Positions 1 through 12,600 of a stretch of 64,000 nucleotides of DNA are shown piece after piece; the first letter of the stretch is position 1, and each line of letters opens with the position of its first letter. The notes under the pieces are model-generated. The model worked only from the letters and a program-made list of their open reading frames with translations. It did no database searches and was not told where the DNA came from. Source of the DNA: the human T2T-CHM13v2.0 reference genome, Homo sapiens; assembly GCF_009914755.1 (NCBI RefSeq), contig NC_060925.1; one strand, given 5' to 3'. Made by a program: the position numbers and the translations under genes.

Positions 1-3000
1 TGGAACAGCAGTCTGCACCCGGAGGTGCGCACGTGACAGCCTGGAACAGCACCCACAACCCCAGGCGAGCATCTGACGGCCTGGAACGGCACCCACACCC
101 GCAGGTGGGCATCCGACATCGTGAAACAGCTCCCACACCCCCAGATGAGCATCCGACAGTCTGGAGCAGCACCCACACCCACAGGTGAGCATCCGAAAGC
201 CTGGAGCAGCACCCGCATACCCAGGTGAGCATCCGACAGCCTGGAGCAGCACCCACACCCCCAGGTGAGCATCTGACCGCATGGAATGGCATCCTCACCC
301 ATAGGTGAACATCCGACAGCCTGGAGCAGCACCCACACCCCCAGGTGAGCATCTGACAGCCCGGAGCAGCACGCACAACGCCAGGTGAGCATCTGATAGC
401 CTGGAACAGCACCCACACCCCCAGGTGAGCATCCGACAGGCTGGAGCGGAACCCACACCCCCAGGCGAGCATCTGACAGCCCGGAACAGCACCCTGCAGC
501 CCCGGGTGAGGATCAGACAGCATGGAGCAGCACCCACACTCCAGGTGAGCATCTGACAGCCTGAAGCAGCACCCACACAAACAGGTGAGCATCTGACAGC
601 CTGCAACAGCACCCACACCCCCAGGAGAGCATCTGACAGCCTGGAAGAGGACCCTGCAGCCCTAAGTGAGCATCTGACAACTTGGAGCAGCAACCACACC
701 CACAGGTGAGCATCCAACAGCCTGGAACAGCACCCACACACCCAGGTGAGCATCTGACAGCCTGGAGCAGCAGGCACACCCCAAGGTGAGCATCCGACAG
801 CCTGGAACAGCTCCTACAAACCCAGGTGAGCATCCGACAGCCTGGAGCAGCACCCACACCTCCAGGCGAGCATCTGACAGCCTGGAACAGCACCCACACC
901 CAAGGTGAGCATCCGATATCCTGGAACAGCACCCACACCCCCAGGTGAGCATCTGACAGCCCGGAGCAGCACGCAAACCCCCAGGTGAGCATCTGATACC
1001 CTGGAACAGCACCCACACCCCCAGGTGAGCATCCGACAGCCTGGAGCAGAACCCACACCAACAGGCGAGCATCTGACAGCCTGGGTCAGCACCCACACCC
1101 CCAGGTGAGCATCTGACAGCCTGAACAGCACCCCGCACCCTCAGGTGCGCACGTGACAGCCTGGAACAGCACCCACACACCCAGGCGAGCATCTGACGGC
1201 CTGGAACGGCACCCACACCCCGAGGCGAGCATCGGACATCCTGGAGCAGCAGCCACACCCCCAGGTGGGCATCTGACAGCCTGGAACAGCACCCTGCACC
1301 CCCAGGTGAGCATCTGACAGTCTGGAACAGCACCCTGCACCCTCAGGTGCGCACGTGACAGCCTGGAACAGCACCCACACCCCGAGGCGAGCAACTGACA
1401 GCCTGGAACAGCACCCTGCATCCCCAGGTGAGCATCTGAAGGCCTGGCACCCCACCCACAACCCCAGGTGAGCATCCGACAGCCTGGAGCAGCACCCACA
1501 TCCCCAGGTGAGCATATGACCGCATGGAATGGCATCCTCACCTCCACGTGAGCATCGGACAGCCTGGAGCAGCACCCACACACCCTGGTGAGCATCTGAC
1601 AGCCTGGAACAGCAACCAATCCCCCGGGCCAGCATCTGACAGCCTGGAACAGCAACCACATCCCCAAGCGAGCATCTGACAGCCTGGAACAGCACCCTGC
1701 ACCCCCGATTGCGGATCAGACAGCCTGGCGCAGCACCCACACTCCAGGTGAGCATCTGACACTCTGAAGCAGCACCCACACCAACAGGTGAGCATCTGAC
1801 AGCCTGGAACAGCACCCACACCCGCAGGTGAGCATCTGACAGCCTGGAACAGCTCTCACAACGGCAGGTGAGCATCTGACAGCCTGGAACAGCACCGTGC
1901 ACCCCCAAGTGAGAATGTGACAGCCTGGAGCAGCAACCACAACCCCAGGTGAGTATCCAACAGCCTGGAACAGCACCGACACCCCAAGGAGAGCATCCGA
2001 CAGCCTGGAGCAGCACCCACACCCCCAGGTGAGCATCTGATATCCTGGATCAGCATCCACAACCCAAGGTGAGCATCTGACAGCCTGGAGCAGCACGCAC
2101 TCCCCCAGTGAACATCTGACAGCCTGGAACAGCACCCACACACCCAGGTGAGCATCCGACACCCTGGAGCAGCACGCACAACCCCAGGTGAGCATCTGAT
2201 ATCCTGGATCAGCATCCACACCCCAAGGTGAGCATCTGACAGCCTGGAGCAGCACGCACTCCCCCAGTGAACACCTGACAGCCTGGAACAGCACCCACAC
2301 ACCCAGGTGAGCATCCGACAGCCTGGAGCAGAACCCACACCCCCAGGCGAGCATCTGACAGCCTGGAACATCACCCACACACTCAGGTGAGCATCCGACA
2401 GCCTGGAGCAGCACCCACACCCCCAGGCGAGCATCTGACAGCCTGGAACAGCACCCACACCCCCAGGTGAGCATCTGATATCCTGGAACAGCACCCACAC
2501 CCCCAGGTGAGCATCTGACAGGCTGGGGCAGCACGCACACCCCTAGGTGAGCATCTGACAGCCTGGAACAGCATCCACACCCCCAGGTGAACATCACACA
2601 GCCTGGAGCAGAACCCACACCCCCAGGCGAGCATCTGACAGCCTGGGTCAGCACCCACACCCCGAGGTGAGCATCTGATGGTCTGGAGCAGCACCCACAC
2701 CAACAGGTGAGCATCTGACAGCCTGGAACAGAACCCACACCCCCAGGTGAGCATCTGACAGACTGAAACAGCACCCACACGCCGAGGTGAGCCTCTGACA
2801 GCCTGGAACAGCACGCGCACCCACAGGTGAGCATCTGACAGCCTGGAACAGCACCCACACCCCCAGGCGAGCATCTGACAGCATGTAACAGCACCCACAC
2901 CCCAAGGTGAGAATCTGACAGCCTGGAACAACACCCTGCACCCCCAGGTGCGCACGTGACAGCCTGGAACAGCACCCACACCCCCAGGCGAGCATCTGAC

Positions 3001-3499
3001 AGCACGGAACGGCACCCACACACCCAGGTGAGCATCTGACAGCCTGGAGCAGAACCCACACCCACAGGCGAGCATCTGACAGCCTGGGTCGGCACCCACA
3101 ACCCCAGGTGAGCATCTGATGGTTTGGAGCAGCACCCACAGCCACAGGTGAGTATCTGACAGCCTGAAACAGAACCGACACCCCCAGGTGAGCGTCTGAC
3201 AGACTGGAACAGCACCCTGCACCCCCAGGTGAGCATCTGACGGCCTGGAACAGCACCCACACGCCCAGGTGAGCATCCGACTGCCTGGAACAGCACCCAC
3301 ACGCCAGGTGAGCATCCGATAGCCTGGAGCAGCACCCACACCTCCAGGTGAGCATCTGATATCCTGCAACAGCACCCACACCCCCAGGTGAGCATCTGAC
3401 AGACTGGAACAGCACCCACACCCCTAGGTGAGCATCCGATAGCCTGGAGCAGAACCCACACCCCCAGGCGAGCATCTGACACCCTGGGTCGACACCCAC

Positions 3500-4880
3500 A
3501 ACCCCAAGTGCGCATCTGATGGTCTGGAGCAGCACCCACACCCACAGGTGAGCATTTGACAGCCTGGAACAGAACCCACATCCCAGGTGAGCATCTGACA
3601 GACTGGAAGAGCACCCACATGCCCAGGTGAGCCTCTGACAGCCTGTAACAGCACCCTGCACCCCAAGCTGTGCACGTGACAGCCTGGAACAGCACCGACA
3701 CCCCCAGGTGAGAATTGGACAGCCCGGAGCAGCACCAACAACCCCAGGCGAGCATCCGACAGCCTGGAGTAGCACCCACACCCCCAGGTGAGCATCTGTC
3801 ATCGTGGAGCAGCACCCCACACCCACAGGTGAGCATCTGACAGCCTGGAGTAGCACCCACACCCCCAGGTGAGCGTCTGACAGCCTGGAACAGCACCCTG
3901 CACCCACAGGTGAGCATCCGACAGCCTGGAGCAGCACCGACACCCCCAGGCGAGCATCCGACAACCTGGAGCAGCACCCACAACCCCAAGGGAGCATCTC
4001 ATTGTCTGGAGCAGCACCCACAACCACAGGTCAGCATTGGAGAGTCTGGAGAAGCGCCCACAGTCCCAGGCGAGCATCTGACAGCCTGGAGCAGTGCCCA
4101 CAACCCCAGGTGAGCATCTGACAACATGGAGCAGCACCTATAGCCCATGGTGAGCATCTGACAACCTGGAGCAGCACCCACAACCCAAGGTGCGCATCTG
4201 ATGGTCTGGAGCAGCACCCACACCCACAGGTGAGCATCTGACAGCCTGGAACAGAACCCACACCCCAGGTGAGCATCTGACAGACTGGAAGAGCACCCAC
4301 AAGCCAAGGTGAGCCTCTGACAGCCAGTAACAGCACCCTGCACCCCCAGGTGCGCAGGTGACAGCCTGGAACAGCACCGACACCCCCAGGTGAGCATTGG
4401 ACAGCCCGGAGCAGCACCAACAACCAAAGGCGAGCATCCGACAGCCTGGAGCAGCACCCACATCCCCAGGTGAGCATCTGACATCGTGGAGCAGCACCCC
4501 AAACCGACAGGTGAGCATCTGACAGCCTGGAGCAGCACCCACACCCCCAGGTGAGCATCTGACAGCATGGAACAGCACCGTGCACCCCCAGGTGAGCATC
4601 CGACAGCCTGGAGCAGCACCCACACCCCAAGGCGAGCATCCGACAACCTGGAGCAGCACCCAGAACCGTAAGAGAGCATCTGATTGTCTGGAGCAGCACC
4701 CACAACCACAGGTGAGCATCGGAGAGTCTGGAGCAGCGCCCACAGCCCCAGGCGAGCATCTGACATCCTGGAGCAGTGCCCACACCCCCAGGTGAGCATC
4801 TGACAACATGGAGCAGCACCCATATCCCATGGTGAGCATCTGACAACCTGGAGCAGCACCCACACCCCCAGGTGAGCATC
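3500..4880 (+). repeat. Diverged 682-bp (17-monomer) tandem duplication
   Basis: Markers at a constant 682 offset: CGCATCTGATGGTC 3511/4193, GACTGGAAGAG 3601/4283, ACAACC after ATCCG 3961/4643, TA(G/T)CCCATGG 4141/4823. Confidence 0.8.
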
Positions 4881-5179
4881 TGATGGTCTGGACCAGCACC
4901 CACACCCCGAGGCGAGCATCCGACAGCCTGGAGCAGCACCCACACACCCAGGTGAGCATCTGACAGCCTGGAGCACCGCCCACAACCCCAGGCGAGCATC
5001 TGACAGCCTGGAGCAGTGCCCACACCCCCAGGAGAGCATCTGACAGCGTGGAGCAGCACCCACAGCCCAAGGTGAGCATCTGACAACCTGGAGCAGCACC
5101 CACACCCCCAGGCGAGCATCTGAACGCACGGAGCAGCACCCACACCCCTAGGCGAGCATCTGACAGCCTGGAGCAGCAC

Positions 5180-8100
5180 CCTGCACCCCCAGGTGAGTAT
5201 CTGACAGCCTGGAACAGCACGCACATCCCCAGACGAGCAACTGACAGCCTGGAACAGCACCCTGTATCCCCAGGTGAGCATCTGACGGCCTGGAACAGCA
5301 CCCACACCCCCAGGTGAGCATCCGACAGCCTGGAGCAGCACCCACACCCCAGGTGATCATCTGACAGCCTGGAACAGCAAGCTGCCCCCCCAGGTGAGCA
5401 TCTGACAGCCTGGAACAGCACACACACCCCCAGGCGAGCATCTGACAACCTGGAACAGCACCCATACGCCCAGATGAGCACCTGACAGCCTGGAACAGCA
5501 CCCTGCACCCCCAGGTGAGCATCTGACAGCCTGGAACAGCACCCACACCCCCAGGTGAGCACCTGACTGCATCGCATGGCATCCTCACCCCCAGTTGCGC
5601 ATCAGATGATCTGGAGCAGCACCCACACCCACTGGTGAGCATCTGACAGCCTGGAACCGCAACCACACCCGCAGGCGAGCATCTGACAGCCTGGAGCAGC
5701 ACCCACACCCCCAGGTGAGCATTTGACAGCCTGGAACAGCACCCACAACCCCAGGAGAGCATCCGGTAGCGTGGAGCGGAACCCACGCCCACAGGCGAGC
5801 ATCTGACAGCCTGGTTCGGCACCCACACCCCCAGGTGAGCATCTGATGGTTTGCAGCAGCACCCACACCCACAGGTGAGCATCGGACAGCCTGGAACAGA
5901 ACCCACACCCCCAGGTGAGCATCTGACAGCCTGGAACAGCAGCCTGCAACACCAGGTGCGCATGTGACAGACTGGAACAGCACCAACACCCCCAGGCGAG
6001 CATCTGACAGCCTGGAGCAGCACCCACAGCCCCAGGTGAGCATCTGACAGCCTGGAACAGCACCCACACCCCCAGGCGAGCATCTGACAGCCTGGAACAG
6101 CACCCACACCCCCAGGTGAGCATCTGACAGCCTGGAACAGCACCCTGCACCCCCAGGTGCGCACGTGACAGCCTGGAACAGCACCCACACCCCCAGGGGA
6201 GCATCTGACGGCCTGGAATGGCACCCACAACCCCAGGCGAGCATCGGACAGCCTGGAGCAGCACCCACACACCTAGGTCAGCATCCGACAGACTGGAGCA
6301 GCACCCACACCCCCAGATCAGCATGTGACAGCCTGGAACAGCACCCACACCCCCAGGCGAGCATCTGACAGCCTGGAGCAGCACCCCACACCCCCAGGTG
6401 AGCATCGGACAGCCTGGAGCAGCACCCACACCCCCAGGTGAGCATCTGACAGCCTGGAAGAGCACCCACACACCCAGACGAGCATCGGACAGCCTGGAGC
6501 AGCACCCACACCGCCAGGCGAGCATCCGCCAGCCTGGATCAGCACCCACACCCCCAGGTGAGCATTCGACAGCCTGGAGCAGCACACACAACCGCAGGGG
6601 AGCATCTGACAGCCTGGCGCAGCACCCACACCCCCAGGTGAGCATCTGACAGCCTGGAACGGCACCCACACCCCCAGGTGGGCATCTGATGGTCTGGAGC
6701 AGCACCCACAACCACAGGTGAGCATCGGAGAGTCTGGAGCAGCGCCCACACCCCCAAGTGAGCATCTGACAGCCTGGAGCAGTGCCCACACCCCCAGGTG
6801 AGCATCTTACAGCGTGGAGCAGCACCCACAGCCAAAGGTGTGCATCTGACAACCTTGAGCAGCACCCACACACCCAGGCGAGCATCTGAACGCACGGAGC
6901 AGCACCCACACCCCAAGGCGAGAATCCGACAGCCTGGAGCAGCACCCACACACCCAGGTGAGCATCTCACAGCCTGGAGCAGCACCCACACACCCAGGTG
7001 AGCATCTGACAGCCTGGAACAGCACGCTGCACCCCCAGGTGAGTATCTGACAGCCTGGAACAGCACGCACATCCCCAGACGAGCAACTGACAGCCTGGAA
7101 CAGCACTCTGTATCCCCAGGTGAGCATCTGAAGGCCTGGAACAGCACCCACACCCCCAGGTGAGCATCCGACAGCCTGGAGCAGCACCCACACCCCAGGT
7201 GATCATCTGACAGCCTGGAACAGCAAGCTGCCCCCCCAGGTGAGCATCTGACAGCCTGGAACAGCACACACACCCAAAGGCGAGCATCTGACAACCTGGA
7301 ACAGCACCCATATGCCCAGATGAGCATCTGACAGCCTGGAACAGCATCCTGCACCACCAGGTGAGCATCTGACAGCCTGGAACAGCACCCACATCCCCAG
7401 GTGAGCACCTGACTGCATCGCATGGCATCCTCTCCCCCAGTTGCGCATCAGATGATCTGGAGCAGCACCCACACCCACTGGTGAGCATCTGACAGCCTTG
7501 AACCGCAACCACACCCCCAGGCGAGCATCTGACAGCCTGGAGCAGCACCCACACCCCCAGGTGAGCATTTGACAGCCTGGAACAGCACCCACACCCCCAG
7601 GAGAGCATCCGGCAGCGTGGAGCGGAACCCACGCCCACAGGCGAGCATCTGACAGCCTGGTTCGGCACCCACACACCCAGGTGAGCATCTGATGGTTTGC
7701 AGCAGCACCCACACCCACAGGTGAGCATCGGACAGCCTGGAACAGAATCCACACCCCCCGGTGAGCATCTGACAGCCTGGAACAGCAACCTGCACCACCA
7801 GGTGCGCATGTGACAGACTGGAACAGCACCAACACCCCCAGGCGAGCATCTGACAGCCTGGAGCAGCACCCACAGCCCCAGGTGAGCACCTGACAGCCTG
7901 GAAGAGCACCCACACCCCAGGCGAGCATCTGACAGCCTGGAACAGCACCCACATCCCCAGGTGAGCATCTGACAGCCTGGAACAGCACCCTGCACCCCCA
8001 GGTGCGCACGTGACAGCCTGGAACAGCACCCACACCCCCAGGCGAGCATCTGACGGCCTGGAATGGCACCCACAACCCCAGGCGAGCATCGGACAGCCTG

Positions 8101-8345
8101 GAGCAGCACCCACACACCTAGGTCAGCATCCGACAGACTGGAGCAGCACCCACACCCCCAGGTCAGCATGTGACAGCCTGGAACAGCTCTCACAACCCCA
8201 GGCGAGCATCTGACAGCCTGGAGCAGCACCCCACACCCCCAGGTGAGCATCGGACAGCCTGGAGCAGCACCCACACCCCCAGGTGGGCATCTGACAGCCT
8301 GGAAGAGCACCCACACTCCCAGACGAGCATCGGACAGCGTGGAGC
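5180..8345 (+). repeat. ~1.3-kb block duplicated at ~1,845-bp offset (5180-6500 / 7025-8345)
   Basis: Shared rare variants: GATCATCTGA 5355/7201, CTGACTGCATCGCATGGC, CAGATGATCTGG, GGTTCGGC, CCTAGGTCAGC. ORF pairs 6165/8010 and 6278/8123 have the same offset. Confidence 0.82.
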
Positions 8346-8959
8346 AGCACCCACACTCCCAGGTGCGCGTGTGATGGTCCGGAGCAACACCCACACACAC
8401 AGGAGAGCCTGCGACAGCCTGGAGCAGCACCCACAGCCCCAGTTTAGCATCTGATGGTCTGGAGCAGCACCGACAACCACAGGTGAGCATCGGAGAGACT
8501 GGAGCAGCGCCCAAACCCCCAGGCGAGCCTCTGAGAGCCTGGAGCAGTGCCCACACTCCCAGGTGAGCATCTGACAGCGTGGATCAGCACCCTAAGCCCA
8601 AGGTGAGCATCTGACAACCTGGAGCAGCACCCACACCCCCAGGCGAGCATTTGAACGCACAGAGCAGGACCCACACGCCCAGGAGAGCATCCAACAGCCT
8701 GGAGCAGCACCCACACACCCAGGTGAGCATCTGACAGCCTGGAAAACCACCCTGCACCACCAGGTGAGCATCTGACAGCCTGGAACAGCACCCACACCCC
8801 TAGGCGAGCATCTGACAGCCTGGAACAGCACCCATACGCCCAGATGAGAATCTGACACCCTGGAACAGCAGTCTGCACCCGGAGGCGCGCACGTGACAGT
8901 CTGGAACAGCACCCACAACCCCAGGCGAGCATCTGACGGCCTGGAACGGCACCCACACC

Positions 8960-9680
8960 CCCAGGTGAGCATCCGACATCCTGAAACAGCTCCCACACCC
9001 CCAGATGAGCATCCGACAGTCTGGAGGAGCACCCACACCCCCAGGTGAGCATCTGTCCGCATGGAATGGCATCCTCACCTCCAGGTGAGCATCCGACAGC
9101 CTGGAGAAGCACCCACACACCCAGGTGAGCATCTGACAGCCTGGAGCAGCACCCACAACCCCAGGTGAGCATCTGACCGCATGGAATGGCATCCTCCCCC
9201 ATAGGTGAACATCCGACAGCCTGGAGCAGCACCCACACCCCCAGGTGAGCATCTGACAGCCTGGAACAGCAACCACACGCCCAGGCAGAATCTGACAGCC
9301 TGGAACAGCACCCTGCACCCCCAGGTGAGCATCCGACATCCTGAAACAGCTCCCACACCACCAGATGAGCATCCGACAGTCTGGAGCAGCACACACACCC
9401 CCAGGTGAGCATCTGACCGCATGGAATGGCATCCTCACCTCCAGGTGAGCATCCGACAGCCTGGAGCAGCACCCACATCCCCAGGTGAGCATCCGACAGC
9501 CTGGAGCAGCACCCACACCCCCAGATGAGCATCTGACCGCATGGAATGGCATCCTCACCCATAGGTGAACCTCCGACAGCCTGGAGCAGCACCCACACCA
9601 CCAGGTGAGCATCTGACAGCCTGGAACAGCAACCACACGCCCAGGCAGAATCTGACAGCCTGGAACAGCACCCTGCAACC
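8960..9680 (+). repeat. 360-bp (9-monomer) tandem duplication with an internal 120-bp sub-period
   Basis: CCAGGCAGAATC at 9281 and 9641; ATGGAATGGCATCCTC at 9061, 9181, 9421 and 9541. Confidence 0.8.
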
Positions 9681-12600
9681 CCGGGTGAGGATCAGACAGC
9701 CTGGAGCAGCACCCACACTCCAGGTGAGCATCTGACAGCCTGAAGCAGCACCCACACCAACAGGTGAGCATCTGACAGCCTGGAAGAGCACCCACAACCC
9801 CACGTGAGCATCTGACAGCCTGGAACAGGACCCTGCACCCCAAAGTGAGCATCTGACAACCTGGAGCAGGAACCACAACCCCAGGTGAGCATCTGATAGC
9901 CTGGAATAGCACCCACACACCCAGGTGAGCATCTGAGAGCCTGGAGCAGCACCCACACCCCCAGGTGAGCATCCGACAGCCTGGAACAGCACCCACACCC
10001 CCAGGCGAGCATCTGACAGCCTGGAGCAGCACCCACACTCCAGGTGAGCATCTGACAGCCTGAAGCAGCACCCACACCAACAGGTGAGCATCTGACAGCC
10101 TGGAACAGCACCCACACCCCCAGGTGAGCATCTGACAGCCTGGAACAGCTCTCACAACCCCAGGTGAGCATCTGACAGCCTGGAACAGCACCCTGCACCC
10201 CCAAGTGAGCATCTGACAGCCTGGAGCAGCAACCACAACCCCAGGTGAGCATCCAACAGCCTGGAACAGCACCGACACCCCCAGGTGAGCATCCGACAGC
10301 CTGGAGCAGCACCCACACCCCCAGGTGAGCATCTGATATCCTGGAACAGCACCCATACACCCAGATGAGAATCTGAGAGCCTGGAACAGCAGTCTGCTCC
10401 CGGAGGTGCGCACGTGACAGCCTGGAACAGCACCCACTCACCCAGGCGAGCATCTGATGGCCTGGAACGGCACCCACACCCACAGGTGAGCATCCGATAT
10501 CCTGAAACAGCTCCCACACCCCCAGGTGAGCATCCGACAGCCGGGAGCAGAATCCATACCCCCAGGTGAGCATCTGACCGCATGGAATGGCATCCTCGCC
10601 TCCAGGTGAGCATCCGACAGCCTGGAGCAGCACCCACACCCCCGGTGAGCATCCGACAGCCTGGAACAGCACCCACACCCCCAGGCGAGCATCTGACGGC
10701 CTGGAACGGCACCCACACCCCCAGGCGAGCATCTGACAGCCTGGGTCGGCACCCACACCCGCAGGTGCGCATCTGATGGTCTGGAGCAGCACCCACACCC
10801 ACAGGTGAGCATCTGACAGCCTGGAACAGAAACCACACCCCTAGGTGAGCATGTGACAGAGTGGAACAGCACCAACATGCCTAGGTGAGCCTCTGACAGC
10901 CTGTAACAGCAGCCTGCACCCCCAGGTGTGCACGTGACAGGCTGGAACAGCACCAACACCCACAGGCGAGCATCTGACGGCCTGGAACAGCACCCACACC
11001 CCCAGGTGAGCATTGGACAGCCTGGAGCAGCACCCACAACCCCAGGCGAGCAACCGACAGCCTGGAGCAGCACCGACACCCACAGTTGAGCATCTGACAT
11101 CGTGGAGCTTCACCCCACACGCACAGGTGAACATCTGACAGCCTGGAGCTGCACCCACACCCTCAGGTGAGTCTCTGACAGCCTGGAACAGCACCCTGCA
11201 ACCCCAGGTGAGCATCTGACAGCCTGGAACGGCACCCACAACCCCAGGTGAGCATCTGATGGTCTGGAGCAGCACCCACAACCACAGGTGAGCATCGGAG
11301 AGTCTGGAGCAGCGCCCACACCCCCAAGTGAGCATCTGACAGCTTGGAGCTGTGCCCACACCCCCAGGTGAGCATCTGACAGCGTGGAGCAGCACCCACA
11401 GCCTAAGGTGAGCATCTGACAACCTGGAACAGCACCCACACACCCAGGTGAGCATCCGACAGACTGGAGCAGAACCCACACCCCCAGGCGAGCATCTGAC
11501 AGCCTGGGTCGGCACGCACACCCCCAGGTGCGCATCTGATGGTCGGGAGCAGCACCCACACCCACAGGTGAGCATCTGACAGCCTGGAAGGGAACCCACA
11601 CCTCCAGGTGAGAATCTGACAGACTGGAACAGCACCCCCACGCCCAGGTGAGCCTCTGACAGCCTGGAACAGCACCCTGCACCCCCAGGTGAGAATCTGA
11701 CAGCCTGCAACAGCACGCACACGCCCAGGTGAGCATCTGACAGCCTGGAACAGCACCCACACCACCAGTCGAGATCTGACAGCATGTATGAGCACCCACC
11801 CCCCCAGGACAGCATCTGGCAGCCTGGAACAGCACCCCGAGGTGCGCACGTGACAGCCTGGAACAGCACCCACACCCCCGGCGAGCATCTGATGGCCTGG
11901 AACAGCACCCACAACCCCAGGTGAGCATTGGACAGCCTGGAGCAGCACCCACAACCCCAGGAGAGAATCCGACAGCCTGGAGCAGCACCGACACCCCCAG
12001 GTGAGCATCTGACATCATGGAGCAGCACCCCACACCCACAGGTGAGCATCTGACAGCCTGGAGCAGCACCCACACGCCCAGGTGTGCATCTGACAGACTG
12101 GAACGGCACCCTGCACACCTAGGTGAGCATCCGACAGCCTGGAGCAGCACCCACAACCCCAGGCGAGCATCCGACAACCTGGAGCAGCACCCACACCCCC
12201 AGGTGAGCATCTGATGGTTTGGAGCAGCATCCACAACCACAGGTGAGCATCGGAGAGTCTGGAGCAGAGCCCACACCCCCAGGCGAGCATCTGACAGCCT
12301 GGAGCAGTGCCCACACCCCCAGGTGAGCATCTGACAGCGTGGAGCAGCACCCACAGCCCAAGGTGAGCATCTGACAACCAGGAGCAGCACCCACACCCCC
12401 AGGCGAGCATCTGAACGCACGGAGCAGCACCCACACCCCTAGGCGAGCATCCGACAGCCTGGAGCAGCACCCACACCCCCAGGTGCGCATCTGATGGTCT
12501 GGAGCAGCACCGACACCCACAGGTGACCATCTGGCAGCCTGGAACAGAACCCACATGCCCAGGTGAGCCCCTGACAGCCTGAAACAGCACCCTGCACTCC

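Noticed and set aside
9061-9556. GGAATGG within the ATGGAATGGCATCCTC variant, resembling HSat2/3 (GGAAT)n
   Set aside because: It is a single pentamer that aligns in register to CTGGAACAGCACCCAC. It is a diverged monomer, not an inserted satellite.
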